This document shows positions 23,106 to 35,370 of a stretch of 64,000 bases of DNA, in pieces; within the stretch, counting starts at the first letter, position 1, and each line of letters begins with the position of its first letter. Location: positions 27,156,001 through 27,220,000 of the forward strand of contig JBNRSN020000022.1 of NCBI GenBank assembly GCA_051313645.2, given 5' to 3'. The notes under the pieces are model-generated. The model saw only the letters and a list, made by a program, of their open reading frames with translations, was not told the DNA's origin and did no database searches. Source of the DNA: Centroscyllium fabricii. Lineage: Eukaryota. The position numbers and the translations under genes were made by a program.

Positions 23106-23810
23106 TGAGAGTCAGGGACTATGGAACCGTGCCCATTAAGAGTCAGTGCCTATGGAACTGTACCCATTAAGAGTCAGGGCCTATGGAACTGTACCCATTA
23201 AGAGTCAGGGCCTATGGTACTGTACCCATTAAGAGTCAGGGCCTATGGTACTGTACCCATTAAGAATTAGAGCCTATGGAACTGTACCCATTAAGAGTCA
23301 GGGCCTATGGAACTGTACCCATTAAGAGTCAGGGCCTATGGAACTGTGCCCATTAAGCGTCAGGGCCAATGGAACTGTACCCATTAAGAGTCAAGGCCTA
23401 TGGAACTGTACCCATTAAGAGTCAGGGCCTATGGAACTGTACCCATTAAGAGTCAGGGCCTATGGAACTGTACCCATTAAGAGTCAGGGCCTATGGAACC
23501 GTGCCCATTAAGCATCAGGGCCTATGGTATTGTACCCATTAAGAGTCATGGCCTATGGAACTGTACCCATTAAGAGTCAGGGCCTATGGAACTGTACCCA
23601 TTAAGAGTCAGGGCCTATGGTATTGTGCCTATTAAAAGTCAGGGCCTATGGAACTGTGCCCATTAAGAGTCAGGGCCAATGGAACTGTACCTATTAAGAG
23701 TCAGGGCCTATGAAACTGTTCCAATTAAAAGTCAGGGCCTCTGGTACTGTTCCCATTAAGAGTCAGTGACTGTGGAACTTTACCCATTAAGAGTCAGAGC
23801 CTATGGTATT

Positions 23811-24125
23811 CATAGAATCATAGAATCCCTACAGTGCAGATAGAGGCCATTTCGGCCCATCATGCCTGCACCGACACATATCTCACCCTATCCCGTAACC
23901 CCACATATTCAATCCCCCTAACACTAAGGGTCAATTTATCATGGCCAATCAACCTAACCCGCACATCTTTGGACTGTGGGAGGAAACCGGAGCACCCGGA
24001 GGAAACCCACGCAGACACGGGGAGAAGTGCAAACTCCACACAGACAGTCACCCAAGGCCGGATTTGAACCCGGGCCCCTGGCGCTGTAAGGCAACAGTGC
24101 TAACCACTATGCCACCGTGCCACCC
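23811..24125 (-). mobile_element. V-SINE with an alternative CR1 tail
   Basis: Same head and V-domain as the 1064 copy but a different 3' tail ending (ATTCTATG)n. Confidence 0.9.
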
Positions 24126-24886
24126 ATTACATTCCCATTAAGAGTCGGGGCTCATGGAACTGTATGCATTAAGAGTCAGGAACTATGGTACCGTAACCAT
24201 TAAGAGTCATGTCCTATTGAATTGTACCCATTAAGAGTCAGGGCCTATGGAACTGTTCCCATTAAGAGTCGGGGCTCATGGAGCTGTACTTCAGCAAGAT
24301 TCTGCTTCCACCAGTTTTTGGCAGTGCATTCCATTTCTCAACAAAGCTCTACATGAAGATATTTCTCTTAACCTCTCCCTTCATTCTTTTGGCGATGAGT
24401 TATGTACGTCATTCAGTGCTACTCATCATGTAGCTCAGATGTCGTCTTCACACCACTTTATGTCTCCTGTTACCCTTGGCAGGCTTTCTGCTCCGTGTGC
24501 CTTTATGCCTTCAGTCTGTTCCATTGTGGGATGCTAACTGAACTGGGAATTGGTTCTGTTCCATCTCCTTTTCTTGCTCTCTTGCAAAATGAGGCAAGGG
24601 AATGCCATTAGGAGGCAACCTTATCCCAGCTTCCACACAACAAGTGAAAAGGCCTCATTCAAATAGAGCTATTGGTCTGGCTTATTCCTCTTCCCGTTGG
24701 AAAGTGTCTGGGCCTCCAGGTGGCAGCTATCCACAGGAGCATTCAGGCACAGGCCCACCTCCCATCATGCTGCAGTGCAACGTTCCTGGGAGTGATCCTT
24801 GAGCAAGGCATTCGTTGGGACTGTGTTGCTGAACAAAAAGTTGATGTCAATGGAACACAGATAACTTGTTATAAATACAGATTTAC

Positions 24887-24984
24887 CTTATATGGAATGG
24901 GAGAGTTGTAATGTTCTGGAATCTCCCAACTAAGCAACACTGAGGTCTTCATTGCAAGTTTTACTCGGAAATTTTTAGGGAAAA
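24887..24984 (-). CDS. PTPRS: PTPRS exon, start of FNIII-8 ([33 protein letters not shown])
   Basis: 98 nt, phase 1-0; CAGCAG tandem acceptor and gtaaat donor; absent from the ORF track, translated by hand. Confidence 0.93.
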
Positions 24985-25722
24985 CTGCTGAAAAAGAAGG
25001 CAAATTAAAAGAAAATGTCCTACGACAATGTAAATAGACATTAGCTTTTTGTAAGGGTGCCCTTATACATGGTATACTGGGTACACATCAGGACTGAAAT
25101 AGGGCACTTTAAAGGAATTTCTCAATCTCTCAGAATGTTGTCATTTTTTTTGTACCTATTCAATTTAATATTCAATTTGTTATGTTGTGCCTCATTTCAT
25201 GACACCTTAACATGAGCTACAGAAGTACCACCATATACCCACCAACATCCAACAGGTTGCAATTTGGCAGCCACCAAATGTTTCCTGCCCCAACCAACAG
25301 TGTATTACTAGTCTGCTTTATCTGGCAAGTTAGGCACAGAAGCAACACTAGATGTCCACATGACCACCAGGCCTCCTTGACCAGTGGCCTATCTGTCTTC
25401 TAGAATATCTGGACTAATTGCTTCTTGCTACAAGTCAGAAGTACATAACAGCAGTCGTTCCTACCTGTGTGTTTATGCTTGTAGCATGGAGCGTACAGCC
25501 CATTGAGGACCTTCTCTACTGGGTATGACCTGCAGTCCCCAAAAGATGACCTTACCTGCACGAGCAATGAAGCATTCTGAAGCTACCAATAGCTTGCTCT
25601 CAGCAGACCTGACCCATTTTACCTTGGGATTTGACGCAGTTGACTGCAAGTGGAAGAGAGAGTACCAAGCCCAAAACTGCCCCACCGCCACCCGGGATGA
25701 CAAGGTAATAGATAACCCCTAC

Positions 25723-26310
25723 CTTGATCCAATGGCATGGTCCGATACTGAACAGCGGGACTGTAAGGACCAGGGCCTTTACTGGTTTGTGCCCTGACTT
25801 TAATGTCATAACTGGTGTCCGGTTTAAGGCTGTTCAATGTGAGGCTAGTCTGGGAGGATGTGATGGACACTTCAATGGGGTTGCTCTGAGCACCTGCCTG
25901 TCTACAGGAGACAGTGTACGTAGTGATGATGCCATTCCTTTCTGCCAAGACAGGGGGCAGCCAGCCAAACTGAACAGATGAGGTAGTGATATTCGCCAAG
26001 TCAAGGATCTGCGGGTAGCCTCTGGGCACATCTTCAGGTAGAGTAAGCTGCTTGACATCCTCTTCCCCGATGCCAGCGCTGTTTCGGGCTGCCAGCCTGA
26101 ACACGTATGTGGCACCTTTGTGCATGCTGTGGGCCACATACTGATACTCGTGGTCAGAGAACTCCAGCGTCGTCAGGGGCTGGACATCCATACGCCCAAA
26201 CTGAAGCCGATAGCCTAGGAGTTGTCCAAAAGTTGCAGAGGGAGGCTGCCATTGCAACACGACCGTTCTCTCCTGAGTCAGACGGACCGACAGAGTGGGT
26301 CTGTCTGGAA
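25723..26310 (-). CDS. PTPRS: PTPRS exon, FNIII-6 and FNIII-7 (VPDRPTLSV...YRTMPLDQ)
   Basis: Lies within ORF 25619..26326; ttcag acceptor and gtaggg donor; 588 nt, phase 1-1; WLPPVLAERNG and KGPGPYSP motifs. Confidence 0.95.
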
Positions 26311-26408
26311 CTGAAATACAAAACACACGGAGTATCCATGAGTGATTTATCCAAATACCATGAGATTAATAAAGCAATTATCATTTCATTTCTATCAAAT
26401 AAGAACAT

Positions 26409-27409
26409 GGGGGAAAAATTCGGTATCGCCCCGATTGGGGCGCTATAATCAGCGCAGCGCTAAATTTAGCGCCTGGCGCAAATTAGCACCACCAACAGCA
26501 AACTTGGGTTTTCTCGCCCCTGGAGGTGATTGGAGCACTAAATCAGGTGCTACACACCTCTGTTAAGGCGCAAAGGCCGAGGAGTGAGGCGTTCCCTCGG
26601 AGCGCTGGCAAAGCTTATGTGATGTTAGTCAACAATAGAACACAGACACACCGGCACCGTCCAATTCTTAAAAGGGAGTTCTGACGCATGGTCATCGACC
26701 TGAAACTTTAAATCTGTTTCTCTCTTCACAGATGCTGCTTGACCTGCTGAGTTTCTCCTGCATTTTCTGTTTTTATCCTAAAGGGGAGGGTTGATCGTGC
26801 CCTCCATCCACATCCTGCTCATTGCAGCCTTGAATCTCGGCCTGGAGAGACAGGTACATCAAATCTGCTGGGAAGAACAATGGAGAGACCCAGGGAAAGA
26901 GCTGAGAGTGCAGCCCCCACATTCTCTTCTAAATCAATACAAGGAAGGGCAAATCAAAATGAACCTGCAAATTACTGCACAGTACCCAAAACTCCTTCAC
27001 ACGGTGTTGAATCTCTCCAGAAGTCTCTTTCTCTCTCTCTCTCAGAATGCGTGGTGCAAAAATGTCCCCAACAAAAAAAGGCAGGAAGCAGTCACATTTA
27101 AATAGCACTCCCCCAGTCCCTTTCTGACTGCAAAACGCTCCCCTCAACCTATCGTTGTTAGCGGCAGGCGGTAAGGCAGGGAGCGCCACTCAATATCTGA
27201 TCCAGGGTGCTACTGGGGCGTTGCGCACTCCAACAACGTCACCATCTGCCAGCGCAGGAGATCGTGGTGGTAGTGTTTAGCGCTACCACAAAATGCCTAG
27301 TCACTGAGCAGCGCTAAACTCGCTACTCCCGGGCGCCAGTTGCTTTGCGCCCCCATTAGCGCCCTCCTAAGGCGCTAACGGGAGGGGCAACCAACCGAAT
27401 TTTTCCCCC
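26409..27409. mobile_element. Harbinger-type MITE related to family B
   Basis: Perfect inverted repeat GGGGGAAAAATTCGGT...ACCGAATTTTTCCCCC; shares agcgctaaatt motifs with 22437; TSD unclear. Confidence 0.75.
26679..26776 (+). mobile_element. Penelope-like terminal fragment with a degenerate hammerhead core
   Basis: ctgacgc-atggtcatcgacct-gaaac...acagatgctgcttgacctgctgag; flanked by an imperfect repeat ttaaaagggag/ctaaaggggag. Confidence 0.6.
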
Positions 27410-27724
27410 ACAGATTCTAGACAAACATTTTATCCTTTTTGAATGCTATTTTATTGCCCTGAAGGTAGTGACTCAGGTTGGGGTTCTACAGGAGATGGGA
27501 GTTATACCGCCACATCTGCAAAGTGATTGGGGCTGTGCATAAACATAAAAGTGACAAGGCTACTGAGCACATAAAGGCTCCAAGGCTTGAGATTCACCTC
27601 CTCACCAAAAGGCCATCTCACGTCAGTTTAAGCTGATAAAGAGCGTGGCATTAATGCAACCCAAGGAGGAAAGATTAACAAAACAAACTGGAACAGCATT
27701 GGCAAATCCCACAGCCATGGAGGG

Positions 27725-30205
27725 AGGGAGAGGGGAGAGGAGGAACAGAGAGACTGGGGAGAGTGAGAGGCAGAGAGACTGGGGAGAGGAGGAACAGAGA
27801 GACTGGGGAGAGTGAGAGGCAGAGAGACTGGGGAGAGTGAGAGGCAGAGAGACTGGGGAGAGTGAGAGGCAGAGAGACTGGGGAGAGTGAGAGGCAGAGA
27901 GACTGGGGAGAGTGAGAGGCAGAAAGACTGGGGAGAGGAGGGACAGAGAGACTGGGGAGAGGAGGGACAGAGAGACTGGGGAGAGTGAGAGGCAGAGAGA
28001 CTGGGGAGAGTGAGAGGCAGAGAGACTGGGGAGAGTGAGAGGCAGAGAGACTGGGGAGAGTGAGAGGCAGAGAGACTGGGGAGAGGAGGGACAGAGAGAC
28101 TGGGGAGAGTGAGAGGCAGAGAGACTGGGGAGAGTGAGAGACAGAGAGACTGGGGAGAGGAGGGACAGAGAGACTGGGGAGAGTGAGAGGCAGAGAGACT
28201 GGGGAGAGTGAGAGGCAGAGAGACTGGGGAGAGGAGGGACAGAGAGACTGGGGAGAGTGAGAGGCAGAGAGACTGGGGAGAGGAGGGACAGAGAGACTGG
28301 GGATAGTGAGAGGCAGAGAGACTGGGGAGAGTGAGAGGCAGAGAGACTGGGGAGAGTGAGAGGCAGAGAGACTGGGGAGAGTGAGAGGCAGAGAGACTGG
28401 GGAGAGTGAGAGGCAGAGAGACTGGGGAGAGTGAGAGGCAGAGAGACTGGGGAGAGTGAGAGGCAGAGAGACTGGGGAGAGGAGGGACAGAGAGACTGGG
28501 GAGAGTGAGTGCAGCGAGACCGGGGAGAGTGAGAGGCAGAGAGACCGGGGAGAGTGAGAGGCAGAGAGACTGGGGAGAGTGAGAGGCAGAGAGACTGGGG
28601 AGATCATTTTCCAACATTCCTTAGACTCTGAATCAGTTCCGATGGAGTGGAGGGTGGCTAATGTAACCCCTCTTTTTAAAAAAGGAGGGAGGGAGAAAAC
28701 AGGGAATTACAGACCGGTCAGCCTGACATCGGTGGTGGGTAAAATGATGGAATCAATTATTAAGGATGTCATAGCAGACCATTTGGAAAGTGGCGACATG
28801 ATAGGTCCAAGTCAGCATGGATTTCTGAAAGGGAAATTATGCTTGACAAATCTTCTGGAATTTTTTGAGGATGTTTCCAATAGGGTGGACGGGGGGGAAC
28901 CAGTAGATGTGGTGTATTTGGACTTTCAGAAGGCTTTTGACAAGGTCCCACACAAGAGATTGGTGTGCAAAGTTAAAGCACATGGGATTGGGGGTAATGT
29001 GTTGAAGTGGATTGAGAACTGGTTGGCACACAGGAAACAAAGAGTAGGAGTAAATGGGTACTTTTCAGAATGGCAGGCAGTGACCAGCGGGGTACCGCAG
29101 GGTTCGGTGCTGGGGCCCCAGCTGTTTACATTATATATTAATGATTTGGACGAAGGGATTAATTGTAGTATCTCCAAATTTGCAGATGACACTAAATTGG
29201 GAGGCAGTGTGAACAATGAGGAGGATGCTAGGAGGCTACAGAGTGACTTGGACAGGTTAGGTGAATGGGCAAATGTATGGCAGATGAAGTACAATGTAGA
29301 TAAATGTGAGGTTATCCACTTTGGTGGTAAAAATAGAGAGGCAGACTATTATCTGAATGGTGGCAGATTAGGGAAAGGGGAGGTACAACGAGACCTGGGC
29401 GTCATGGTACATCAGTCACTGAAGGTGGGAATGCAAGTGCAGCAGGCGGTCAAGAAAGCAAATGGCATGATGGCCTTCATAGCAAGGGGATTTGAGTACA
29501 GGAGTAGGGAGGTGATGCTACAGTTGTACAGGGCCTTGGTGAGGCCACACCTGGAGTATTGTGTGCAGTTTTGGTCTCCTAACTTGAGGAAGGACATTCT
29601 TGCTATTGAGGGACTGCAGCGAAGGTTCACTAGATTGATTCCTGGGATGGCCGGACTGACATATCAAGAAAGACTGGATCAACTGAACTTGTATCCTCTG
29701 GAGTTCAGAAGAATGAGGGGGGATCTTATAGAGACATATAAAATCCTGACTGGTTTAGACAAGTTAGATGCGGGCAGAATGTTTCCAATGTTAGGGAAGA
29801 GTAGAACCAGGGGTCACAGTCTAAGGATAAAGGGGAGGCCATTTAAGACTGAGATGAGGAGGAACTTCTTCACCCAGAGAGTGGTGAATCTGTGGAATTC
29901 TCTGCCACAGAAGGTTGTTGAGGCCAATTCGCTAAATATATTCAAAAGGGAGTTAGATATAATACTCACAACTAGGGGGATCAAGGGGTATGGTGAGAAA
30001 GCAGGAGTGGGGTACTGAGGTAGCATGTTCAGCCATGAACGCATTAAATGGCGGTGCAGGCTCGAAGGACCGAATGGTCTACTCCTGCACCTATTTTCTA
30101 TGTTTCTATGTTTCTGAGTGAGAGGCAGAGAGACTGGGGAGTGTGAGAGGCAGAGAGACTGGGGAGAGGAGGAACAGAGAGACTGGGGAGAGTGAGAGGC
30201 AGAGA
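27725..30205. repeat. GA-rich 24/25-bp minisatellite split by a CR1 insertion
   Basis: AGAGAGACTGGGGAGAGTGAGAGGC units at 27725-28602 and 30115-30205. Confidence 0.95.
28603..30114 (+). mobile_element. Young 5'-truncated CR1 LINE with an open RT/ORF2 C-terminus
   Basis: About 470 codons without stops (NYRPVSLTS, GVPQGSVLGP, FADD), stop at 30018, 3' UTR and (TTTCTATG)n tail. Confidence 0.96.
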
Positions 30206-30268
30206 TCTACACAAATAGAAGAGATATTAGGAGAGAGACTGGGAAGGGACAGAGACACACAAACACAG

Positions 30269-30839
30269 TGTCATGGGTGGACTGTCGCTTTAAATCTCTA
30301 GGCTTCTTTCAGTTATTGGATTATTACCTGTTGTTATGTATTCACATCTGATTGGTCAACTCCTAGCATACTGTTTAACTTGAGCTAGATATAAACCACC
30401 TGCTGGCCTTTTGGCCTTGTCGGATTGTTATTTCTCATGTCACTTGTTGAAGTGTTCAGTGTTTCTGTATCCTGTTATTTGGTATATTATATTGAGTTCT
30501 TTTCCAGTCGTTTTTGGATTACCAGTTTTCTGTCAAGTTGGATTACTTGCTGTACTCGGAACAAGGAGTCATCTCCTCTGGACTGTGGATTACTGGGAGT
30601 ACTTCTGCACCAGGCTTTGGGCCTTGTTACTACAACCACCTGAACTTGGGTTTGGACTTTTGAACTGCTGTTTACCGGCACTCGGGATATTTGACTATTT
30701 CATTCATTGTTATTGCACTGTGATTTATGCTCTCTGTATATTGAGATATTTGCATGTTTTGATACTTAGGAATAAAGCACTTTATTTCTAATAGACAGAC
30801 TCTGGTGTTCTGCAATTGGGTTCAAACCGAACCCTTACA
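30269..30839 (+). mobile_element. Solo LTR, 571 bp
   Basis: TGTCA...TTACA ends; 5-bp TSD CACAG; TATAAA (~30390) and AATAAA (~30771). Confidence 0.9.
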
Positions 30840-31802
30840 CACAGAGGACACGGGAAAGAGAAACACACACAGAGAATGGGGACATGCATGCCAGAGGGCT
30901 GCAATATTGCCTTTATCTTCACAGAGCTGTAAGCAGAAGCCATGCTTGCTCACAGCTGGTGCAGTTGAGCTGTAAAGATGGATTCCACCAGAGCCATGGG
31001 TCTACCAGACTTATGCTGCTATTGTAAGTTGTAATGAGTCAAGAGCAGAGGAGACAGTCAACTCGTTTATCATCTGGAATGCACTCGCTGAAAAGGTGAT
31101 GCAATAAGTTTCAAAAAGGAATTGGATAGAATGTATACTTGGAAAGGAAACGTTTTCAGGTCTATGGGGAAAGAGCAGAGGGCGTGGGACTATTTGGACA
31201 GCTCACTCAAAGACTGGCGAAAGAATATTTTCGGTTATCTAGCATTCGCATACTGTCTAACCTAAATGAATACTGTGCTTATCACTGTCCCTTCACAGGC
31301 ATGATAGGTGGAATGGCCATCTTCTGCGTTGTGTGATTCTGTGGATTTTTTAAGTGGAGCTTTACACTCACTATTTTTGCACTGTAACTGGTCGGCATTC
31401 TCGCTGAGCTGCATGGTCACACCTTTCATGTGGCTTCTTACTGATGGGTGTACAGCATTCCCAGAGATGGCCCACTTAAAGGGGTTCAGTTGGCGTAAGC
31501 AGTATCAGGTGTCACTAATTTTGGTCCACTCCCCCCAGTTTCTTGTCATCATGCTCCTGCTAGCCTTGAGGTAAAACCAGCACTCTCTGTCTCGGCTCAG
31601 AAATGAAACTGGACACAGCCCCAATTATTCAATTGCTAAATACAAAGCTGGTGTCAACCAGGTCATATAGATCAGTGAGGCCCAGGATAAATCTCTGGTT
31701 TGTGTTGGGTTAACAGATCTCAATGGGGCCGTTGAAAAGGGTACTACAGTTGGCTTTGGTGCTTTAGGGGCACCAGGCAGGCCATAGAATCACCTGGGGT
31801 TC

Positions 31803-32115
31803 TGTGATGAAATAACTGTGTTCTGGCCTTTGTATTGCTTATTTGTACTTGTTGAAATAACTGTGTGTTCTGGCCTTTGTATTGCTTGTTTGTACTTGTT
31901 AATGTTCTGGAATAGTCTGCAGGTGTAACAACTGATGCTCCGCCCTAGCCCCGCCCTTCTGGATTCCCCGGATGGGTGTGAGTCTTGCTCATAGGGGCTG
32001 GGTCGGTGACGAATGAAGGTTGCTCTGTGTTAACTCGATGCCATGTTCTAACTTAATAAAAGCCTTTAGTTTTAAGTTTAAACCTCTCGAATCCGGGTAG
32101 TCATTTGGCACATCA
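31803..32115 (+). mobile_element. Solo LTR, 313 bp
   Basis: TGTGA...CATCA ends; 5-bp TSD GGTTC; AATAAA; internal duplication of about 45 bp. Confidence 0.9.
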
Positions 32116-32147
32116 GGTTCCTGCTCCTTTTCACAATCCAGTAGCCT

Positions 32148-32298
32148 GGAGTAGGTTTTAACTTGCAGCGGTGGTGTGAAACGGGTGGGGCGGCCATTCT
32201 GCACCCCACTCAGTTTTCCCTTCCAGTGGCTTCAATCGGGCGGGTTGTATAACGGGTGTTCATTCCGCCGCCACTGCCGAAAAGTTAACATCTACCGC
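32148..32298. mobile_element. Short fold-back MITE
   Basis: gtaggttttaacttgcagcggtgg pairs imperfectly with ccactgccgaaaagttaacatctac. Confidence 0.55.
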
Positions 32299-32727
32299 AT
32301 TGAGTCAGCACCGGATGGAGGAGGTGTGACACTGAGATCTCACAGGTTTCTTTGTAATAGCTTTTCCCAGTTAAGCAAATTGAGTTCTGAGGTAATGACA
32401 GTTGCCGGCAGACTGCTGTCCTGATTAACGATGCAGTTCTGTATGTAAATGAACAGCAAGGGTTTTTCATTCAATTTAATGTAGCACTAGGCTCAATTTG
32501 CCTGGCGCAATTCTCGCAGCTCCCTTCCCATCGCTTTCCTTAATCACAATGGACCAACTAAACAAAGATTTATCAAAATGGCAAAAGCAAAATTAAGTTG
32601 CCAGTGGGCGAGAGTCATTAGACTGAGAAGCGAATGGTTTTCTCCAGCTTTGTAATTTAATATCCTTCCCAATCAATTTAACCCATAGGAGGCAGCGAAT
32701 CTGAATACAGCTTCAGTCCATCACTCC

Positions 32728-32741
32728 GTTGCCATGGTAAC
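32728..32741. promoter_or_regulatory. RFX X-box motif GTTGCCATGGTAAC in a repeat-poor intronic stretch
   Basis: 13/14 match to the palindromic RFX consensus GTTGCCATGGCAAC. Confidence 0.5.
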
Positions 32742-33369
32742 CCAACATGGAGACAGTGTTATTGAACAGTGTGCGTTTGGGTGAGTTATACCTGTTGCTT
32801 AAAGTTCCACAAGGAACTCTTTCCCCACTGCTGTGTTTTTTTCCAAATCGAAGAATATCTCAGTGAATGGCTAAGGCCCATAATGCAGGACACCGCCAGG
32901 GTTGAGAAGACGAGATAAAGCATGCAGTGATTAGATGACGCTAAAATTGGGTTTTAAAAGCCTGCAGATTGAAGGACGACGGACGGACTGAGGAAGGTAA
33001 GATGTTCTGCAGTTTTCAGGTTCTGGGAAGAATTAATTAAAGAATGTCCTCTAAATGTCAGTCCCAGTTGATCTGTAGCCCAGGAGATCCCTCGACCTGT
33101 ACACAGTATCAGACACTTTCTGCGTGATTTAGCCCTTTGGGAATCTACACTTGGATCAGTTAAGTGTTGCTCAGTTGACCTCTTAACTGACAGAGACGCA
33201 TGAGGTGGAAAGAACCATAACTGAGAAGTGAAGGAAATACTTCAAAGAGAGCCTCACCCACAAATACAGAAAATATTCATGAGAGGGGCTTGTGATCTGT
33301 AAGACTTTCCACTGCTATGGTTACTGATATCATTTGAAACTGTCATTGAGATTTACCACCTTGTAATGT

Positions 33370-33870
33370 AATGGAACATTTACTATATATAAACAACTGG
33401 AAGCTCCAGATTAGATTCCATCCTGTAACTCACCCGCGGGTATTATCCATTATTCTACATATAAACCATCTGAATTGCTAAATTAGATTCCAGTCTGTAC
33501 GTAATATACTCTCAGTTATCCATTCTTCTATATATAAACCAGTTGATCCCCTCATTTCGACTCCAGTCTACAGCTCACTCCTGGGCATCCACTATTTTAT
33601 GTGTAAAGCATCTGAACCCCTCAATTCGATTATAGTCTGTCACTTGCTCCCCAATAGCCATTGTTTTATACATAAATCATGCAAATCGCTCAAATGGATT
33701 CCAATCTGTAACTTGCTCCTGGGTTTTCCATTCTATATAGAAACCATTCAAACCTCTCAATTAGATCCCAGCCTGTAACTCACTCCTGCGTATCCATTAC
33801 TCGCTGTACAAGCCTTCCGATCCCTTCAATTGAGATTGCAGCCTGCAACACCACCCAGATATATCAATTA
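33370..33870. repeat. Degenerate tandem repeat, unit about 67 bp
   Basis: Recurring ttagattccagtctgtaactcactcc...tatccattattctatatataaacc units. Confidence 0.8.
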
Positions 33871-34592
33871 TTCTCAGTTTATTTCATCCCACCAGAAAAA
33901 ATACGTTAAGTAAAATGAAATGTTAGATTCTGTGCAAAGCAAAAAGTGGTGGCTTTGGGCATCTTTGCAACGTGCCCTTGCCTCAGCTTGTCCGCAGCAT
34001 TCAAAGGAGGTGGGTGGCTCATTGTGGCCAAGTACACTGGTTGTTTATTCTGCTGAAATCCGTACGCAGGCATCATCCAGAACCACGCAGAACATGTCTT
34101 AATAAAGCCGGATGTGTCTGTGTGAGTTGACTGGTGCCAGGATCAGTCAGTCAGTCATTCGGACTGAATCCAGCAGCCCTGCCTTGGTGTAAGAGGAGCT
34201 GCATGGTGTCTGTCAGTTATCTCCTGGCTTTGGACTCTTCTGTCATAGAATTTCCACTTCTATCTGAAATCAATTAACTGCACCAAGGAACATAGTTACA
34301 GTTGTCATTTTAGTTAAACACACAGAAAAGCCAGCTTAAATCAACATTGATCTCTCAAGGTGCTGCTGCACCCAGAGCTGGCCTCACATCCTTAATGCCG
34401 CAGTGTTTAGAATCCCCATTCTTCTCTGCGCTCTCTATCACAAGCTTCTGACTGGCGTGCTGCCCTTTCCTCTGGTACTCTATTACGGCTCTGGCCTTGG
34501 TTGGTTGTTGACCTGGAGGTCACTTCCGAAATAACAACACAAAATGCTGGAAAAACTCAGCAGGCCCGGCAACATCCGTGGAGCGAAATATA

Positions 34593-35370
34593 GGAGGGGA
34601 TTTTCATGTCCCCGTGAGGCGGGGTTTTCGGCGGGTCACGACACCCCCCCGCCCCCCCCCACCCCCACCGGATCCCTGCCGCTTTGACATTTTCCCCCGC
34701 CCTGACTCCCCGCCCCGAAGCCTTCCCGCCGGCAGCCGGCGGGGATGGATTGTCACCTCGTTAAGGGCCCTTAATTGGCATGTGTAATGCCATTTTATGG
34801 GCCCTTCCGAATTTTCATGCCATTCCCAACCTAACCCTGCCAGCCTAAAACCCCGCTGGTGAAACCCAGCGGGAGCACAGCGCTGTTCATTACTTTCTCC
34901 TTCAAGGTGTTGAAGGACATGCTGCAAAATGCTTCACAGGCCTTCAGCACCTTAGAGGAGTAAGTCACTCTGTGGTGGATACATTAGCTATGGGCAAAAA
35001 CTGAGAAATCTCAGCTTTGCACATTTCCTGACAGCCGGTGCCGAGCTGTCAAGGATTCGGAGCCCGCCCGCCCACCTGTCAGTCACCAGCACTTGACCTT
35101 TCCCATTGGTTCCACTCGACTGTGATGTCACAGTGGAGTGTTTCCATAGGAACTGTCAACAACCAGTGCTGGAACTGTAAATCAAGCTCCTCGCAGCCGG
35201 CTACAGCTCCGACTCGATTGAGTCAATTACCATCGGCTGCCGCACGCGGGGATTTAATTACTCAATTAAATTAAAATTGCGTGGGGTTCCCAGGTCTTTG
35301 GGCAGGCGGGACAGGAACCCGGCCCGACCAATCCCAGCCAGGTTCCCGCACCTCCGGCAAAATCTCCCCC
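34593..35370. mobile_element. Harbinger-type MITE, family A (inverted), inside a Penelope-like end
   Basis: TIRs and 3-bp TSD ATA; flanks 34540-34592 and 35371-35410 join into the reverse complement of a sequence like the 26679 element. Confidence 0.88.

Larger units (their letters stand above)
20960..24290. repeat. 31-bp minisatellite (CCCATTAAGAGTCAGGGCCTATGGAACTGTA) interrupted by three TEs
   Basis: Units resume in register after each insertion. Confidence 0.95.

Noticed and set aside
27628-28617. 310 and 329 aa Ser/Leu/Pro ORFs, and the GTG start of the 479-aa ORF
   Set aside because: Derived from the GA minisatellite; the CR1 ORF is 5'-truncated and its start codon is fortuitous.
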